Positions 15,777 to 24,604 of a stretch of 25,448 bases of DNA are shown here, one piece after another. The stretch is from Breznakia blatticola (GTDB taxonomy: Bacteria; Bacillota_I; Bacilli_A; Erysipelotrichales; Erysipelotrichaceae). The translations under genes and the position numbers were made by a program. The notes beneath the pieces were generated by a model that was not told the DNA's origin, made no database searches, and saw nothing but the letters and a program-made list of their open reading frames with translations. Each line of letters opens with the position of its first letter. Positions within the stretch are counted from its first letter, which is position 1. The stretch spans positions 1-25,448 of the forward strand of contig NZ_SODD01000038.1 in NCBI RefSeq assembly GCF_004365815.1, given 5' to 3'.

Positions 15777-18407
15777 TTAATGCGACAATCCAAGCGTTTT
15801 CTTTACAGATTCTAGTGCTTCATCAACTTTTGAGGCATCTTTTCCACCTGCTTGGGCTAAATCTGGACGCCCTCCTCCATTACCGCCACAAATTTGTGCA
15901 GCTTCTTTTACAAGATTTCCACAGTGAATTCCATTAGAAATTACATCTTTGCTAGCAGCAGCAACAAATACAACTTTGTGCGCATCATAACTAGCTAGGA
16001 ATACCACAGCTGACCCAAGTTTATCTTTCATCGTATTTGCCATATCTTTCAATGCAGACCCATCAGCACCTTTTAATGCTTTCACAAGAACTTTGTATCC
16101 ATTCACTTCTTGTGCTTCATTTAACATGTTATCTGCTTGGCTTTGCATTGCTTTTGCTTCAAGTGCACTTAATTGTTTTTGTAAGTCTTTTAGTTCATCT
16201 TGTAGTGTTTTTACTTTATCTTCAACACCAACTACGGTTTTCATCTTTAAGTTACTTGCAATTGTTTTTAAAGTTGTTTCACTTTCTTTGAATTCTTCAT
16301 ATGCTGCATAACCTGTTTTAGCAACCATTCGACGAACTCCCGAACCAATGGATTCTTCAGAAACAATTTTAAATACACCAATACTTCCTGTGTGGTCAAC
16401 ATGACATCCACCACAGAATTCCATAGAGACATCACCCATACTTACAATACGAACTTCATCTCCATATTTTTCATCGAACATTGCTGTTGCACCTGTTTTC
16501 TTTGCATCTTCAATATTCATGTATTCAATATTTACATCATTATCTAATTCAATAAATGCATTAACTGTAGCTTCTACTTCACGAAGTTGTTCATCACTTA
16601 CTTTTTCAAAATGCGTGAAGTCAAAACGCAAGTATTCATCACTTACATATGAACCAGCTTGTCCAATATGATCACCGATTACTTTTTTTAGTGCACTTTG
16701 TAATAAGTGTGTTGCACTGTGATTACGCGTTGTTAAGACACGTGTTTTCTCATCTACTGCAAGTTCTACAACATCACCAACTTGTAAGGTAACATCTTCT
16801 AATTCCACCGTGTGTAAGAATTGTCCTTGCGGTGCTTTTTTTACATCAAGAATTGCATATGCTTGTCCATCATAGTTCATGATTCCTTTATCTGCAACTT
16901 GTCCACCACTTTCTGCATAGAAAGGAGTTTGATCAAAGATAACTTCTCCTGTTTCAGTTAATGAATCAACTTTCTTCCCATCTTTGAATACACCAATAAC
17001 TGTCGCTTTTGCTTGTAAGTTATCGTATCCAACAAATGTACTTTCTTTATCAAAAGCCATTAAGTCAGGTGATTGACTTGTCATAGAACCAGATTCACCA
17101 CGCGCATTGCGCGCACGATCTCTCTGTGCTTTCATTTGTGCATCAAACCCTTCTTTATCGATGCTCACACCTTCTTCTTCTAAGATTTCTTGTGTAAGTT
17201 CATATGGGAATCCATACGTATCGTATAATTTGAATGCAACTTCACCAGAGAAGATTTTTCCATCCATTTTTTCTAGTTCTTCATTTAACAGTTTTTCACC
17301 GTGGTTTAATGTCTTGTGGAATGTTTCTTCCTCTGTCTTAATTAGATTTTCATTAAAACTAATTTTATCCATTAAGTATGGATAGTAGTCTTTCATATTT
17401 TCAGAAACAATAGATACTAAGTCGTACATAAATGGTTTATCTAAACCAAGTTTAATTCCATAACGAACCGCACGACGAAGCACACGACGAAGCACATATC
17501 CACGTCCTGTATTTGCAAACATTGCTCCATCACTTAAAGCGAACACAACTGTACGGATATGGTCAGCAATTACGCGATATGCCATCTTGTATTCCCCTTC
17601 ATAAGGATGACTTGCAATTTTTTCTACTTCTTTAATAATTGGCATAAATAAATCGGTATCGAAGTTTGTTTCTCCACCTTGAACAATCGATACTAGACGT
17701 TCAAGTCCCATTCCTGTATCAATGTTCTTTTGTGGTAGTTCTTTATATTCACTTCTTGGAACTGCTGGATTTGCATCGTATTGTGAGAATACAACATTCC
17801 ATACTTCGATATAACGATCATTTTCTAATTCTTCAAAGAACAGTTTTTCACCAATGTTTTCTGGATCATATGCTTCTCCACGATCATAGAAAATTTCACT
17901 ATCTGGTCCACTTGGTCCAGCTCCAATTTCCCAGAAGTTTCCATCTGTTTTTAAAATATGACTTGGATCCACACCAATTTCATTAACCCATGTGTCATAT
18001 GCAACAGTATCATCTGTATATACAGAAATATACATTTTTTCTTTTTCCATACCGATATATTCTGGACTTGTTAGAAATTCCCAAGCAAAGTGAATTGCTT
18101 CTTTCTTAAAGTAATCTCCAATTGAAAAGTTTCCTAACATTTCAAAGAATGTATGGTGACGTGCTGTCTTACCAACATTTTCAATATCATTTGTACGAAT
18201 ACTTTTTTGCGCATTTGCAATACGGTTACTCTTTGGCGTTTCACTACCATCAAAGTATTTCTTTAATGCTGCAACTCCAGCATTAATCCATAACAAAGTA
18301 GGATCGTTATGTGGGATTAATGATGCACCTGGTTCAATCATATGTCCATTCTTTGCAAAATAATCCAAGAACAATTGTCGTATTTCATTTCCACTTCTAT
18401 ATTTCAT
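15777..18407 (-). CDS. alaS: Alanine--tRNA ligase
   Basis: MKYRSGNEIRQLFLDYFAKNGH..., class II motifs, editing-domain HxxxH / CxxxH (HSATHLL, CGGCHV) and a C-terminal DHHA1-like GGGRPDLAQAGG. GGAGG RBS is 8 nt before the ATG at 18407. The ORF-track start at 18482 runs through the T-box terminator. Confidence 0.97.
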   Translation of the reverse strand: MKYRSGNEIRQLFLDYFAKNGHMIEPGASLIPHNDPTLLWINAGVAALKKYFDGSETPKSNRIANAQKSIRTNDIENVGKTARHHTFFEMLGNFSIGDYFKKEAIHFAWEFLTSPEYIGMEKEKMYISVYTDDTVAYDTWVNEIGVDPSHILKTDGNFWEIGAGPSGPDSEIFYDRGEAYDPENIGEKLFFEELENDRYIEVWNVVFSQYDANPAVPRSEYKELPQKNIDTGMGLERLVSIVQGGETNFDTDLFMPIIKEVEKIASHPYEGEYKMAYRVIADHIRTVVFALSDGAMFANTGRGYVLRRVLRRAVRYGIKLGLDKPFMYDLVSIVSENMKDYYPYLMDKISFNENLIKTEEETFHKTLNHGEKLLNEELEKMDGKIFSGEVAFKLYDTYGFPYELTQEILEEEGVSIDKEGFDAQMKAQRDRARNARGESGSMTSQSPDLMAFDKESTFVGYDNLQAKATVIGVFKDGKKVDSLTETGEVIFDQTPFYAESGGQVADKGIMNYDGQAYAILDVKKAPQGQFLHTVELEDVTLQVGDVVELAVDEKTRVLTTRNHSATHLLQSALKKVIGDHIGQAGSYVSDEYLRFDFTHFEKVSDEQLREVEATVNAFIELDNDVNIEYMNIEDAKKTGATAMFDEKYGDEVRIVSMGDVSMEFCGGCHVDHTGSIGVFKIVSEESIGSGVRRMVAKTGYAAYEEFKESETTLKTIASNLKMKTVVGVEDKVKTLQDELKDLQKQLSALEAKAMQSQADNMLNEAQEVNGYKVLVKALKGADGSALKDMANTMKDKLGSAVVFLASYDAHKVVFVAAASKDVISNGIHCGNLVKEAAQICGGNGGGRPDLAQAGGKDASKVDEALESVKKTLGLSH

Positions 18408-18420
18408 CTTTTTTTCCTCC

Positions 18421-18632
18421 ATTACAATAAAAAAACGTTCCCAATAACAGGAACGTGAATACGCGGTACCATCCTGATTCATAGATTTCTCTATGCACCT
18501 TAATTATCTGTATCGTAGATTGTACGTTTAAACTCCAAAGTAGCTTCCCTAGCTTGTTTCTAAAAGCTTTCACCAACCGCTTTCTCTCTATATAGACAGC
18601 TTTCTAAGTACTCATCTTCTTCATCGTTTACG
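18421..18632 (-). promoter_or_regulatory. T-box riboswitch leader (Ala specifier) with terminator/antiterminator, controlling alaS
   Basis: The minus strand carries several T-box elements. The Stem I GA/K-turn region is GAUGAAGAAGAUGAGUA. An AGAGAG bulge and a GGUUGGUGAAAGC distal loop are present. The specifier context is GGGAAGCUAC, with GCU (Ala) at 18542-18544. The T-box sequence AAUCAGGAUGGUACCGCG is at 18462-18479. The terminator CGUUCC-N7-GGAACG plus U7 is at 18428-18455. Confidence 0.9.
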
Positions 18633-18637
18633 TTTGA

Positions 18638-18666
18638 ATTGTAGCATACTTAGACTTGCTTATCAA
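18638..18666 (-). promoter_or_regulatory. Candidate sigma-A promoter of the alaS T-box leader
   Basis: Minus strand reads TTGATA (18661-18666, inside the last codons of the MFS gene), a 17-nt spacer, then TACAAT (18638-18643). Confidence 0.55.
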
Positions 18667-19867
18667 GGTTTCTAACACTTTTTACAGAGATTCCAAAACC
18701 GACAACAACTAGACTTACCACACCAGTTAAAACAAACCATGAAGGTACACCAAAGCCGTTAGTATACATCGCAGCTAAGGCAAGTCCAATTGGTGAAGCT
18801 AGTGTCATTAAAGACATAGAAACGCTTGTTACGCGGCCTAAATACTCCGGTTGGATCTTATCTTGCATCAACGCCATAAACGTAGCATTGAAGAATGGTC
18901 CACAAAAGCCAAACACAATGGATAAGATTGCAAATACAGTAAATGCATTTGTTGGTAATATTCCTTGTAATATCGTAACAATTGAAAATAAAGCAACAGA
19001 ACCATAAATCGTAATCATCTTATTCTTTGTGCCTCCCCATAAACCAAGGACAAGTCCACCAACTAACATTCCTACTGCAAACAATGTCTCAACTAGTCCT
19101 GCATGACCAATCGTTTTCCCAAAATACTCGGTACTCATTAAAGGAAAGAATGTTCCAATGGGTATCATAAATATCTGACATACAGAAACCAAAATCACGA
19201 GATAAAACAATCCTTTATTTGACATTAAGGTTTGTAGACCTTCTTTTGTATCTTGGAATATCATCAATGGTTTTTCTTCCTCATCTAATAAACGCGGAAT
19301 ATGTGTTAAGGCAACACTTCCAATTCCAATAATTGCGCCTACAACATCCAATGATAGGATCAGCCAAAATGGAGCAATTGCATATAGTGCAGCAGAAATT
19401 GCTGGACTTAAGATAAATGAAATGGATTGTAATGCATTGGTATATCCATTTGCCTTTGCTAGATAATCTGAAGGCACCATAAGTGGCGTTACCGCATTGA
19501 TACATGGCTGGTGAAAGGTTTGTCCTAATGATCGTACAAAGATCACCATGTAAATCATCCATGTTGGTAATGAACCACCAAAAGCGATGACAATTGCAAA
19601 TAATGTTGTTATGGCAATCATACCATCTGCGACCATCATAATAATTTTACGATTGTTGCGGTCTACAAAACTACCAGCAAACGGTCCTAAAAAAGCCATT
19701 GGCAAATAGGCAATCATCGTGGCAATCGATAGTGCAGTTGCAGATCCTGTTGTATCTGTGATATACCAAATAAATGCATACTGGACAATTGCACTTGTTA
19801 GTAAAGATATCGCTTGACCTGACCAAAGTGTAAAGAAATTCTTTTTCCATTGTTTTACTTCATTCAT
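18650..19867 (-). CDS. MFS transporter, Mef/MFS_3-like (putative drug efflux)
   Basis: 405 aa from MNEVKQWKKNFFTLWSGQAISLLTS..., with about 12 hydrophobic segments and motifs FVDRNNRK and DKIQPEYLGRV. The layout is collinear with my recollection of Mef(A)-type transporters. AGAGGTAG RBS is present. The ORF-track start at 19987 is an extension. Confidence 0.85.
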   Translation of the reverse strand: MNEVKQWKKNFFTLWSGQAISLLTSAIVQYAFIWYITDTTGSATALSIATMIAYLPMAFLGPFAGSFVDRNNRKIIMMVADGMIAITTLFAIVIAFGGSLPTWMIYMVIFVRSLGQTFHQPCINAVTPLMVPSDYLAKANGYTNALQSISFILSPAISAALYAIAPFWLILSLDVVGAIIGIGSVALTHIPRLLDEEEKPLMIFQDTKEGLQTLMSNKGLFYLVILVSVCQIFMIPIGTFFPLMSTEYFGKTIGHAGLVETLFAVGMLVGGLVLGLWGGTKNKMITIYGSVALFSIVTILQGILPTNAFTVFAILSIVFGFCGPFFNATFMALMQDKIQPEYLGRVTSVSMSLMTLASPIGLALAAMYTNGFGVPSWFVLTGVVSLVVVGFGISVKSVRNLDKQV

Positions 19868-19890
19868 AAATACTACCTCTTTTCGAGTGT

Positions 19891-19919
19891 AGTGTATCTT
19901 AATACAATCATTCTTACAA
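19891..19919 (-). promoter_or_regulatory. Candidate promoter of the MFS gene
   Basis: Minus strand reads TTGTAA (19914-19919), a 17-nt spacer, then TACACT (19891-19896). It overlaps the direct repeat GATTGTAaGAAT / GATTGTAtTAAG. Confidence 0.45.
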
Positions 19920-19957
19920 TCGATATAGACTAAGTGGTAGGTATACATCACCAACAG

Positions 19958-19996
19958 GTAAAAAAAGGAATGCAAAGTCATCTGCAAACCTTTTTG
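19958..19996 (-). terminator. Probable terminator after the lipoprotein gene
   Basis: Minus strand reads AAAAAGG-uu-UGCA-gaugacuu-UGCA-uu-CCUUUUU followed by UUU. It has an internal mismatch and begins about 12 nt after the stop. Confidence 0.5.
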
Positions 19997-20007
19997 ATAT
20001 TCATTGA

Positions 20008-20442
20008 TTATGTAAAACTATTTGCTAATTCTAAAACGAGTTCGAGAACTTCATCTTCACTAATTCCGACATCAGCAAGTATATCTTCAAACTGCTTTTT
20101 ATCCTGTGCGTTTATTTTTTCATCATTTATTGAATACACCAGTGCTTCATTTCCATCAATAATCAAAACCCCATTTTCAATGATTGGATCTTTTTTTGTA
20201 TCCACTGTAAACTGCAGTTGTACATGTACAGGTTCTTGCTTATCAACAAATTGGTATGTTTCATGTTCCATATCCACCATCGTTATTGATGAGCCTCCCT
20301 CTCTAGTCGCTCCAACGTCGAATTCCTTCTTATGAAACAAGGAAACAGTTTGTTTCGTACTCGATGTTGTACATGAAACACATACCGCAAGTAGTAAACT
20401 CAAAAATAAAGCTGCTTGTACACGCTTCTTTGTGATTTTCAT
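20008..20442 (-). CDS. Putative lipoprotein (144 aa), function unknown
   Basis: MKITKKRVQAALFLSLLLAVCVSCTTSS has a positively charged n-region, a hydrophobic core and Cys residues in a lipobox-like context. GGGGGTG RBS is 8 nt upstream of the ATG at 20442. The ORF-track start at 20490 is an extension. Confidence 0.7.
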   Translation of the reverse strand: MKITKKRVQAALFLSLLLAVCVSCTTSSTKQTVSLFHKKEFDVGATREGGSSITMVDMEHETYQFVDKQEPVHVQLQFTVDTKKDPIIENGVLIIDGNEALVYSINDEKINAQDKKQFEDILADVGISEDEVLELVLELANSFT

Positions 20443-20476
20443 AAAACATACACCCCCATTTACTATTATCGATTTC

Positions 20477-20485
20477 ATCATAGCA
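20477..20485 (-). promoter_or_regulatory. Candidate extended -10 promoter of the lipoprotein gene
   Basis: Minus strand reads TGcTATGAT, about 35 nt upstream of the ATG. Confidence 0.4.
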
Positions 20486-20518
20486 TACATCTATACGCAT
20501 TACTATATTTCTTCATTT

Positions 20519-20550
20519 CAAAGAAAAATGCTAACCAAACTTGGCTAGCA
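20519..20550 (-). terminator. Rho-independent terminator after recD2
   Basis: Minus strand reads UGCUAGCCAA-gu-UUGGUUAGCA (10-bp stem with one G.U pair) followed by UUUUUCUUU, starting 10 nt after the stop. Confidence 0.75.
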
Positions 20551-20559
20551 CGATATGTA

Positions 20560-22728
20560 TCAATCAATAACTTCTTTGATTCGTTTTAATAAACTTGTTT
20601 TTCGATCTTGTGTATCCAGTCGTGATACTCCTTTTTGTAAGTATTCTTCACTTCCAAGTAATACTAAAGAACGTTTTGCACGTGTAATTCCTGTATAGAT
20701 CAAACGTCGTTGCAACATATAACTATAGTCTTTTACAATTGGCATAATGACAATTGGATATTCACTTCCTTGCGCTTTATGAATCGAAATACAATATGCA
20801 TGTGTTAGATTGGAAAATGTCTCTGGTGTATATTCTACAATCGTCCCATCGAAATCAACAATCATACGTGCTTGATGATCAACGGTTTCCTGAGCAGTTA
20901 CAATCTCAATAACCTTTCCGATATCTCCATTAAAGACATACTCATCAGGTTGGTTTTTAAGTTGAAGTACCTTATCATTTTCTCTAAAGGTACGATAGCC
21001 AAAATGTAGCTCGTTTTTTTCATAACTACGTGGATTACACAATGCTTGCATCGCTTTATTAATAGCATCAATTCCTGCCACTCCATTATACATAGGAGCA
21101 AGAATTTGAATATCCATTTCATCATAGTTTTTATCCAATGCACTTTGTACAATTTTACCAACAAGTTCTTTTACTTGATAGTTCTCACAAGGATACATCT
21201 TTACATCGTTTTCTCCGTGAATGGATGTAATCATTCCCTCTTTTATTTCATGCGCAAGTTCGATTACTTCACTACCTTCACTTTGACGATAAATATGATC
21301 AAGACGTGTAATTGGACACAACTTAGATAATAATAAATCACGAAGTACAAATCCAGGTCCTACAGATGGAAGCTGATCTTCATCTCCAATTAGTAGAATA
21401 CGTGATACCTTTGCACTTGCTTTGATCAAATTATGAAACAGCCAACTGTCAACCATTGAAAACTCATCAACAATAATAAAATCTGCTTCTATTGGATCAT
21501 GCTCATCTACGGCAAACGTATTACTCTCTAAATCCCATTTTAAGAGCGAATGAATCGTCATTGCATCAATTCCTGCAAGTTCCTTTAAACGTTTAGCAGC
21601 ACGCCCTGTTGGCGCACACAACGCAATTGTAGAATATGGGAACATCTCTTTATAAATATCAATAATCGCTTTAACAATTGTCGTCTTACCAGTTCCTGGT
21701 CCTCCAGTCAAAATCGACAATGGAGATGCAAAGGTTGTTTCAATCGCTTCAATTTGTTTTTCATTATAAACAATCTGCATTTGTTTGGCATGCACATCAA
21801 TTCGTTCTTTGATTTCTTTTCCTGCTTTTTTTATAAACTCTACTTGAGGAAAATGCGTCAATGTATGTGCAATATTTGTTTCGGCTTCATATTGACTAAT
21901 ATGGTATAGATTTTCATCTTCAACGACAATTTGGTTTTCAAATTCTAAATCACTTAAGTATTCTTCAAATTGTTCTTCTTCAATAAACCCAAACTCTTTT
22001 TGAATACGGCGTTGAACATCTACTCGTGGCACATATGTATTTCCTGTATTCATACATAGTTGCATAACTAGAGCACCAATAGCTGCTTTAATCCGTTCAG
22101 GATTGTGTGTTTCAAATCCTAGTTTCATTGCGATTTTATCAGCGGTTTTAAATCCAATTCCATCAACATCATAAACCAAACGATATGGATTTTTCTTAAT
22201 AATATCAATGGCTTGTTTATCATAAATACTTTCGATTTTTAAGATATTTTTTTGACTTACACCAAACTGTGTTAAAAATACAACAGAATCATCCATCGTA
22301 TTATGAATCCCTTCTTCAATTGCAGTAATCTGCTTTTGCGTTAAACTTGGTATTTGACGTAAGACTAGAGGATCTTCACGAATGATATCAATTGCTTTTT
22401 CACCAAGTGCACTAACAATTTTTTGCGCAGCTTTTTTTCCAATCCCACTGAAAAGTGAACTTGAAAAAAAACGAATGAGCGCATCTTCATCACTAGGTAA
22501 CACTTTTTCATAACTCTCACATGCAAACTGAAGACCATAACGAGGATGTTCTTTATATCCTCCATACAGTCGATACAGTTGGTTTTCTAAGATTTCTGAA
22601 AAGTATCCAGTAATTGTAAACTGCTTTTCGTTTTTTTCATTTGTTTTAAACTTTGCGACTGTATAGTGGTCACTTTGAAAAATGATAGCAACAAAGTAAC
22701 CTTCAATACTCAGTTTGTTTTCATCCAT
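20560..22728 (-). CDS. recD2: ATP-dependent RecD-like DNA helicase (RecD2 / YrrC family)
   Basis: 722 aa with an N-terminal OB/HhH region, SF1B Walker A GGPGTGKTT, Walker B IIVDEFSMV, motifs LIGDEDQLPSVGPG and ISIHKAQGSEY, and an SH3-like insert. AAGGTGAT RBS is present. Confidence 0.93.
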   Translation of the reverse strand: MDENKLSIEGYFVAIIFQSDHYTVAKFKTNEKNEKQFTITGYFSEILENQLYRLYGGYKEHPRYGLQFACESYEKVLPSDEDALIRFFSSSLFSGIGKKAAQKIVSALGEKAIDIIREDPLVLRQIPSLTQKQITAIEEGIHNTMDDSVVFLTQFGVSQKNILKIESIYDKQAIDIIKKNPYRLVYDVDGIGFKTADKIAMKLGFETHNPERIKAAIGALVMQLCMNTGNTYVPRVDVQRRIQKEFGFIEEEQFEEYLSDLEFENQIVVEDENLYHISQYEAETNIAHTLTHFPQVEFIKKAGKEIKERIDVHAKQMQIVYNEKQIEAIETTFASPLSILTGGPGTGKTTIVKAIIDIYKEMFPYSTIALCAPTGRAAKRLKELAGIDAMTIHSLLKWDLESNTFAVDEHDPIEADFIIVDEFSMVDSWLFHNLIKASAKVSRILLIGDEDQLPSVGPGFVLRDLLLSKLCPITRLDHIYRQSEGSEVIELAHEIKEGMITSIHGENDVKMYPCENYQVKELVGKIVQSALDKNYDEMDIQILAPMYNGVAGIDAINKAMQALCNPRSYEKNELHFGYRTFRENDKVLQLKNQPDEYVFNGDIGKVIEIVTAQETVDHQARMIVDFDGTIVEYTPETFSNLTHAYCISIHKAQGSEYPIVIMPIVKDYSYMLQRRLIYTGITRAKRSLVLLGSEEYLQKGVSRLDTQDRKTSLLKRIKEVID

Positions 22729-22731
22729 ATA

Positions 22732-23436
22732 TCACCTTAACATAAACATTGCTAAAACCGACAATCCATTATAAAATGCGTGTCCAATAATTGGCACATA
22801 GATTGAGTGGGTATCTTCATACATTTTCGAGAAAATCACACCTAATAATGCGTACAAAATTATATATGTAAAATCAGCTAAATTTCCTTCAAGTAATGAA
22901 CTAAATACATGCATTAATCCAAACATTCCACCAGAAACAATTGCAGCAAAGATAAATCCATACTTGCGTAAGCCTCTAAAAATAACGCCTCTAAATACAA
23001 GTTCTTCTAAAATTGGTGCAAAAATGACTGTTGCAATTGCTTGCAACACCATATTTTGATTAAACATCGTTTGTACACCTTCTTGATTCGAACTCGTATT
23101 TGTCTCTGTTAATAAGCTAATTAGATTTCCAACGATAATGTTAACTAGGTAAAGTAATCCAATACCAATTAAAATCGTACGAAATGCCTCTCCAGCATTA
23201 AACTTCGTTTCGCCTTTAAGTAGCGGCAATGCCAGTTTGATAGCAACAATAACACCGATTAAATACGTGAAGAATAATAAATTCACATCACTTGTTGTAT
23301 GTGTTAATTCCAAAATAATCAAAACAACGATTGGAACAAGAAATAACCATCCGATAAAATACCAGGCAAGTAAACCAAGCATGCGTTTATTTGATAGTAG
23401 GTTTTCTTTAAATTGATTTGTCTTTTCTAAATTCAT
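22732..23436 (-). CDS. CPBP family intramembrane glutamic endopeptidase (CAAX protease / Abi-type)
   Basis: Polytopic membrane protein with the three CPBP motifs EELVFRG, FGLMH and HAFYN. AAGGAGA RBS is upstream of the ATG at 23436. The start lies 29 nt inside the mnmA 3' end. Confidence 0.88.
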   Translation of the reverse strand: MNLEKTNQFKENLLSNKRMLGLLAWYFIGWLFLVPIVVLIILELTHTTSDVNLLFFTYLIGVIVAIKLALPLLKGETKFNAGEAFRTILIGIGLLYLVNIIVGNLISLLTETNTSSNQEGVQTMFNQNMVLQAIATVIFAPILEELVFRGVIFRGLRKYGFIFAAIVSGGMFGLMHVFSSLLEGNLADFTYIILYALLGVIFSKMYEDTHSIYVPIIGHAFYNGLSVLAMFMLR

Positions 23437-24595
23437 TTACTTTCTCCTTGATTGCTTGATGTACATCCTTGTTTTCGTGGTTGTACACTTCTTCAATCAC
23501 ACCACCACCAAGACAGATTTCTCCATCATAAAATACAGCTTCTTGTCCTGGAGTAACCGCTGCTACTCCTTGCGGATAATATACCATAACTTCATCATCA
23601 CTAATGATTTTAATTTCTACATCATTATCCTTTTGACGATATCTAAATTTCGCAGTTGCTTTACATGTCTCTGGTCGCTTTTTACGTGAAAACCAGTTTA
23701 CACCACTTACACGACATGAAGTAGATAATAACCATGGATTATCTTCTTTTGCGGCTACATAAAGTTCATTTGTTTCCACATCTTTTCCAACAACAAACCA
23801 TGGTCCACCTTCGCCACCAATACCTAAACCTTTTCTTTGTCCGATTGTATAGTAAAGTACACCAACATGTTCACCTAGATCGTTTCCCGTATCAATATCG
23901 ATAATACGACCATTTTTTGCCGGTATATAGTTTGTTAGAAACTCTCTGAAGTTTCTTTCTCCAATAAAGCAAATACCTGTAGAATCTTTCTTTGTTGCTA
24001 CATTCAAATCCAGTTCTTTAGCTATTTCTCTTACTCTTGGTTTATCTATATCACCAATTGGAAATAATGCTTTTGCTAATGCATCTTGCGAAACTTGACA
24101 CAAGAAATACGTTTGATCTTTATTACTATCTGTCCCTCTTAACATCACACTTTCATCATCGTTATGTACGACTCTAGCATAATGTCCAGTTGCGACATAA
24201 TCAAAACCGTTTGCTTTCGCAAACTTCATAAAACTATCAAATTTTATATATTTATTGCATAAGATATCAGGGTTTGGCGTTCTTCCTTTTTTGTATTCAT
24301 CAATAAAGTATGTAAATACTTGATTCCAGTACTCTTCAACAAAATCAACACGTAGTAGTTCTAAACCAAGTTTATCTGCTACTTTTTTTGCATCATTGTA
24401 GTCTTCTTCCTGTGGACAAATATCATTTTGAATCGTAGGGTTACCTGCAATATCGTTATTTGCATATGCATCCCAATTGCGCATAAATGCACATGTAATA
24501 TCGTATCCTTGTTCTTTTAGTAAGTATGCTGCTACAGCACTATCTACACCACCTGATAATCCAACCAATATCTTTGCGTTCTTTAAATCTTTCAT
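23408..24595 (-). CDS. mnmA: tRNA 2-thiouridine(34) synthase MnmA
   Basis: PP-loop motif VGLSGGVDSAVAAYLLKEQGYD, catalytic Cys contexts (NPDILCN, STGICFIG) and a C-terminal beta-barrel domain. Confidence 0.95.
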   Translation of the reverse strand: MKDLKNAKILVGLSGGVDSAVAAYLLKEQGYDITCAFMRNWDAYANNDIAGNPTIQNDICPQEEDYNDAKKVADKLGLELLRVDFVEEYWNQVFTYFIDEYKKGRTPNPDILCNKYIKFDSFMKFAKANGFDYVATGHYARVVHNDDESVMLRGTDSNKDQTYFLCQVSQDALAKALFPIGDIDKPRVREIAKELDLNVATKKDSTGICFIGERNFREFLTNYIPAKNGRIIDIDTGNDLGEHVGVLYYTIGQRKGLGIGGEGGPWFVVGKDVETNELYVAAKEDNPWLLSTSCRVSGVNWFSRKKRPETCKATAKFRYRQKDNDVEIKIISDDEVMVYYPQGVAAVTPGQEAVFYDGEICLGGGVIEEVYNHENKDVHQAIKEKVNEFRKDKSI

Positions 24596-24604
24596 ACGGC
24601 TTAT

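Noticed and set aside
16037-17986. Several 72-106-aa plus-strand ORFs antisense to alaS (16037-16291, 16093-16311, 17107-17385, 17666-17986)
   Set aside because: These are shadow ORFs opposite a highly conserved gene. They have leucine/serine/phenylalanine-rich nonsense translations.
15777-18482. 901-aa AlaS ORF beginning at 18482
   Set aside because: The extra 25 codons are encoded by the T-box terminator/antiterminator region. The ATG at 18407, preceded by GGAGG, gives the canonical MKYRSGNEIR... start.
19281-19562. 93-aa out-of-frame ORF nested within the MFS transporter gene
   Set aside because: No RBS is present, the translation is Cys-rich and implausible, and the region is explained by the MFS reading frame.
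19934-20335. 133-aa plus-strand ORF spanning the MFS-lipoprotein intergenic region and running antisense to the lipoprotein gene
   Set aside because: It uses a non-ATG start, has no RBS, runs through the predicted terminator hairpin, and is Ser/Cys/Thr-rich and low in complexity.
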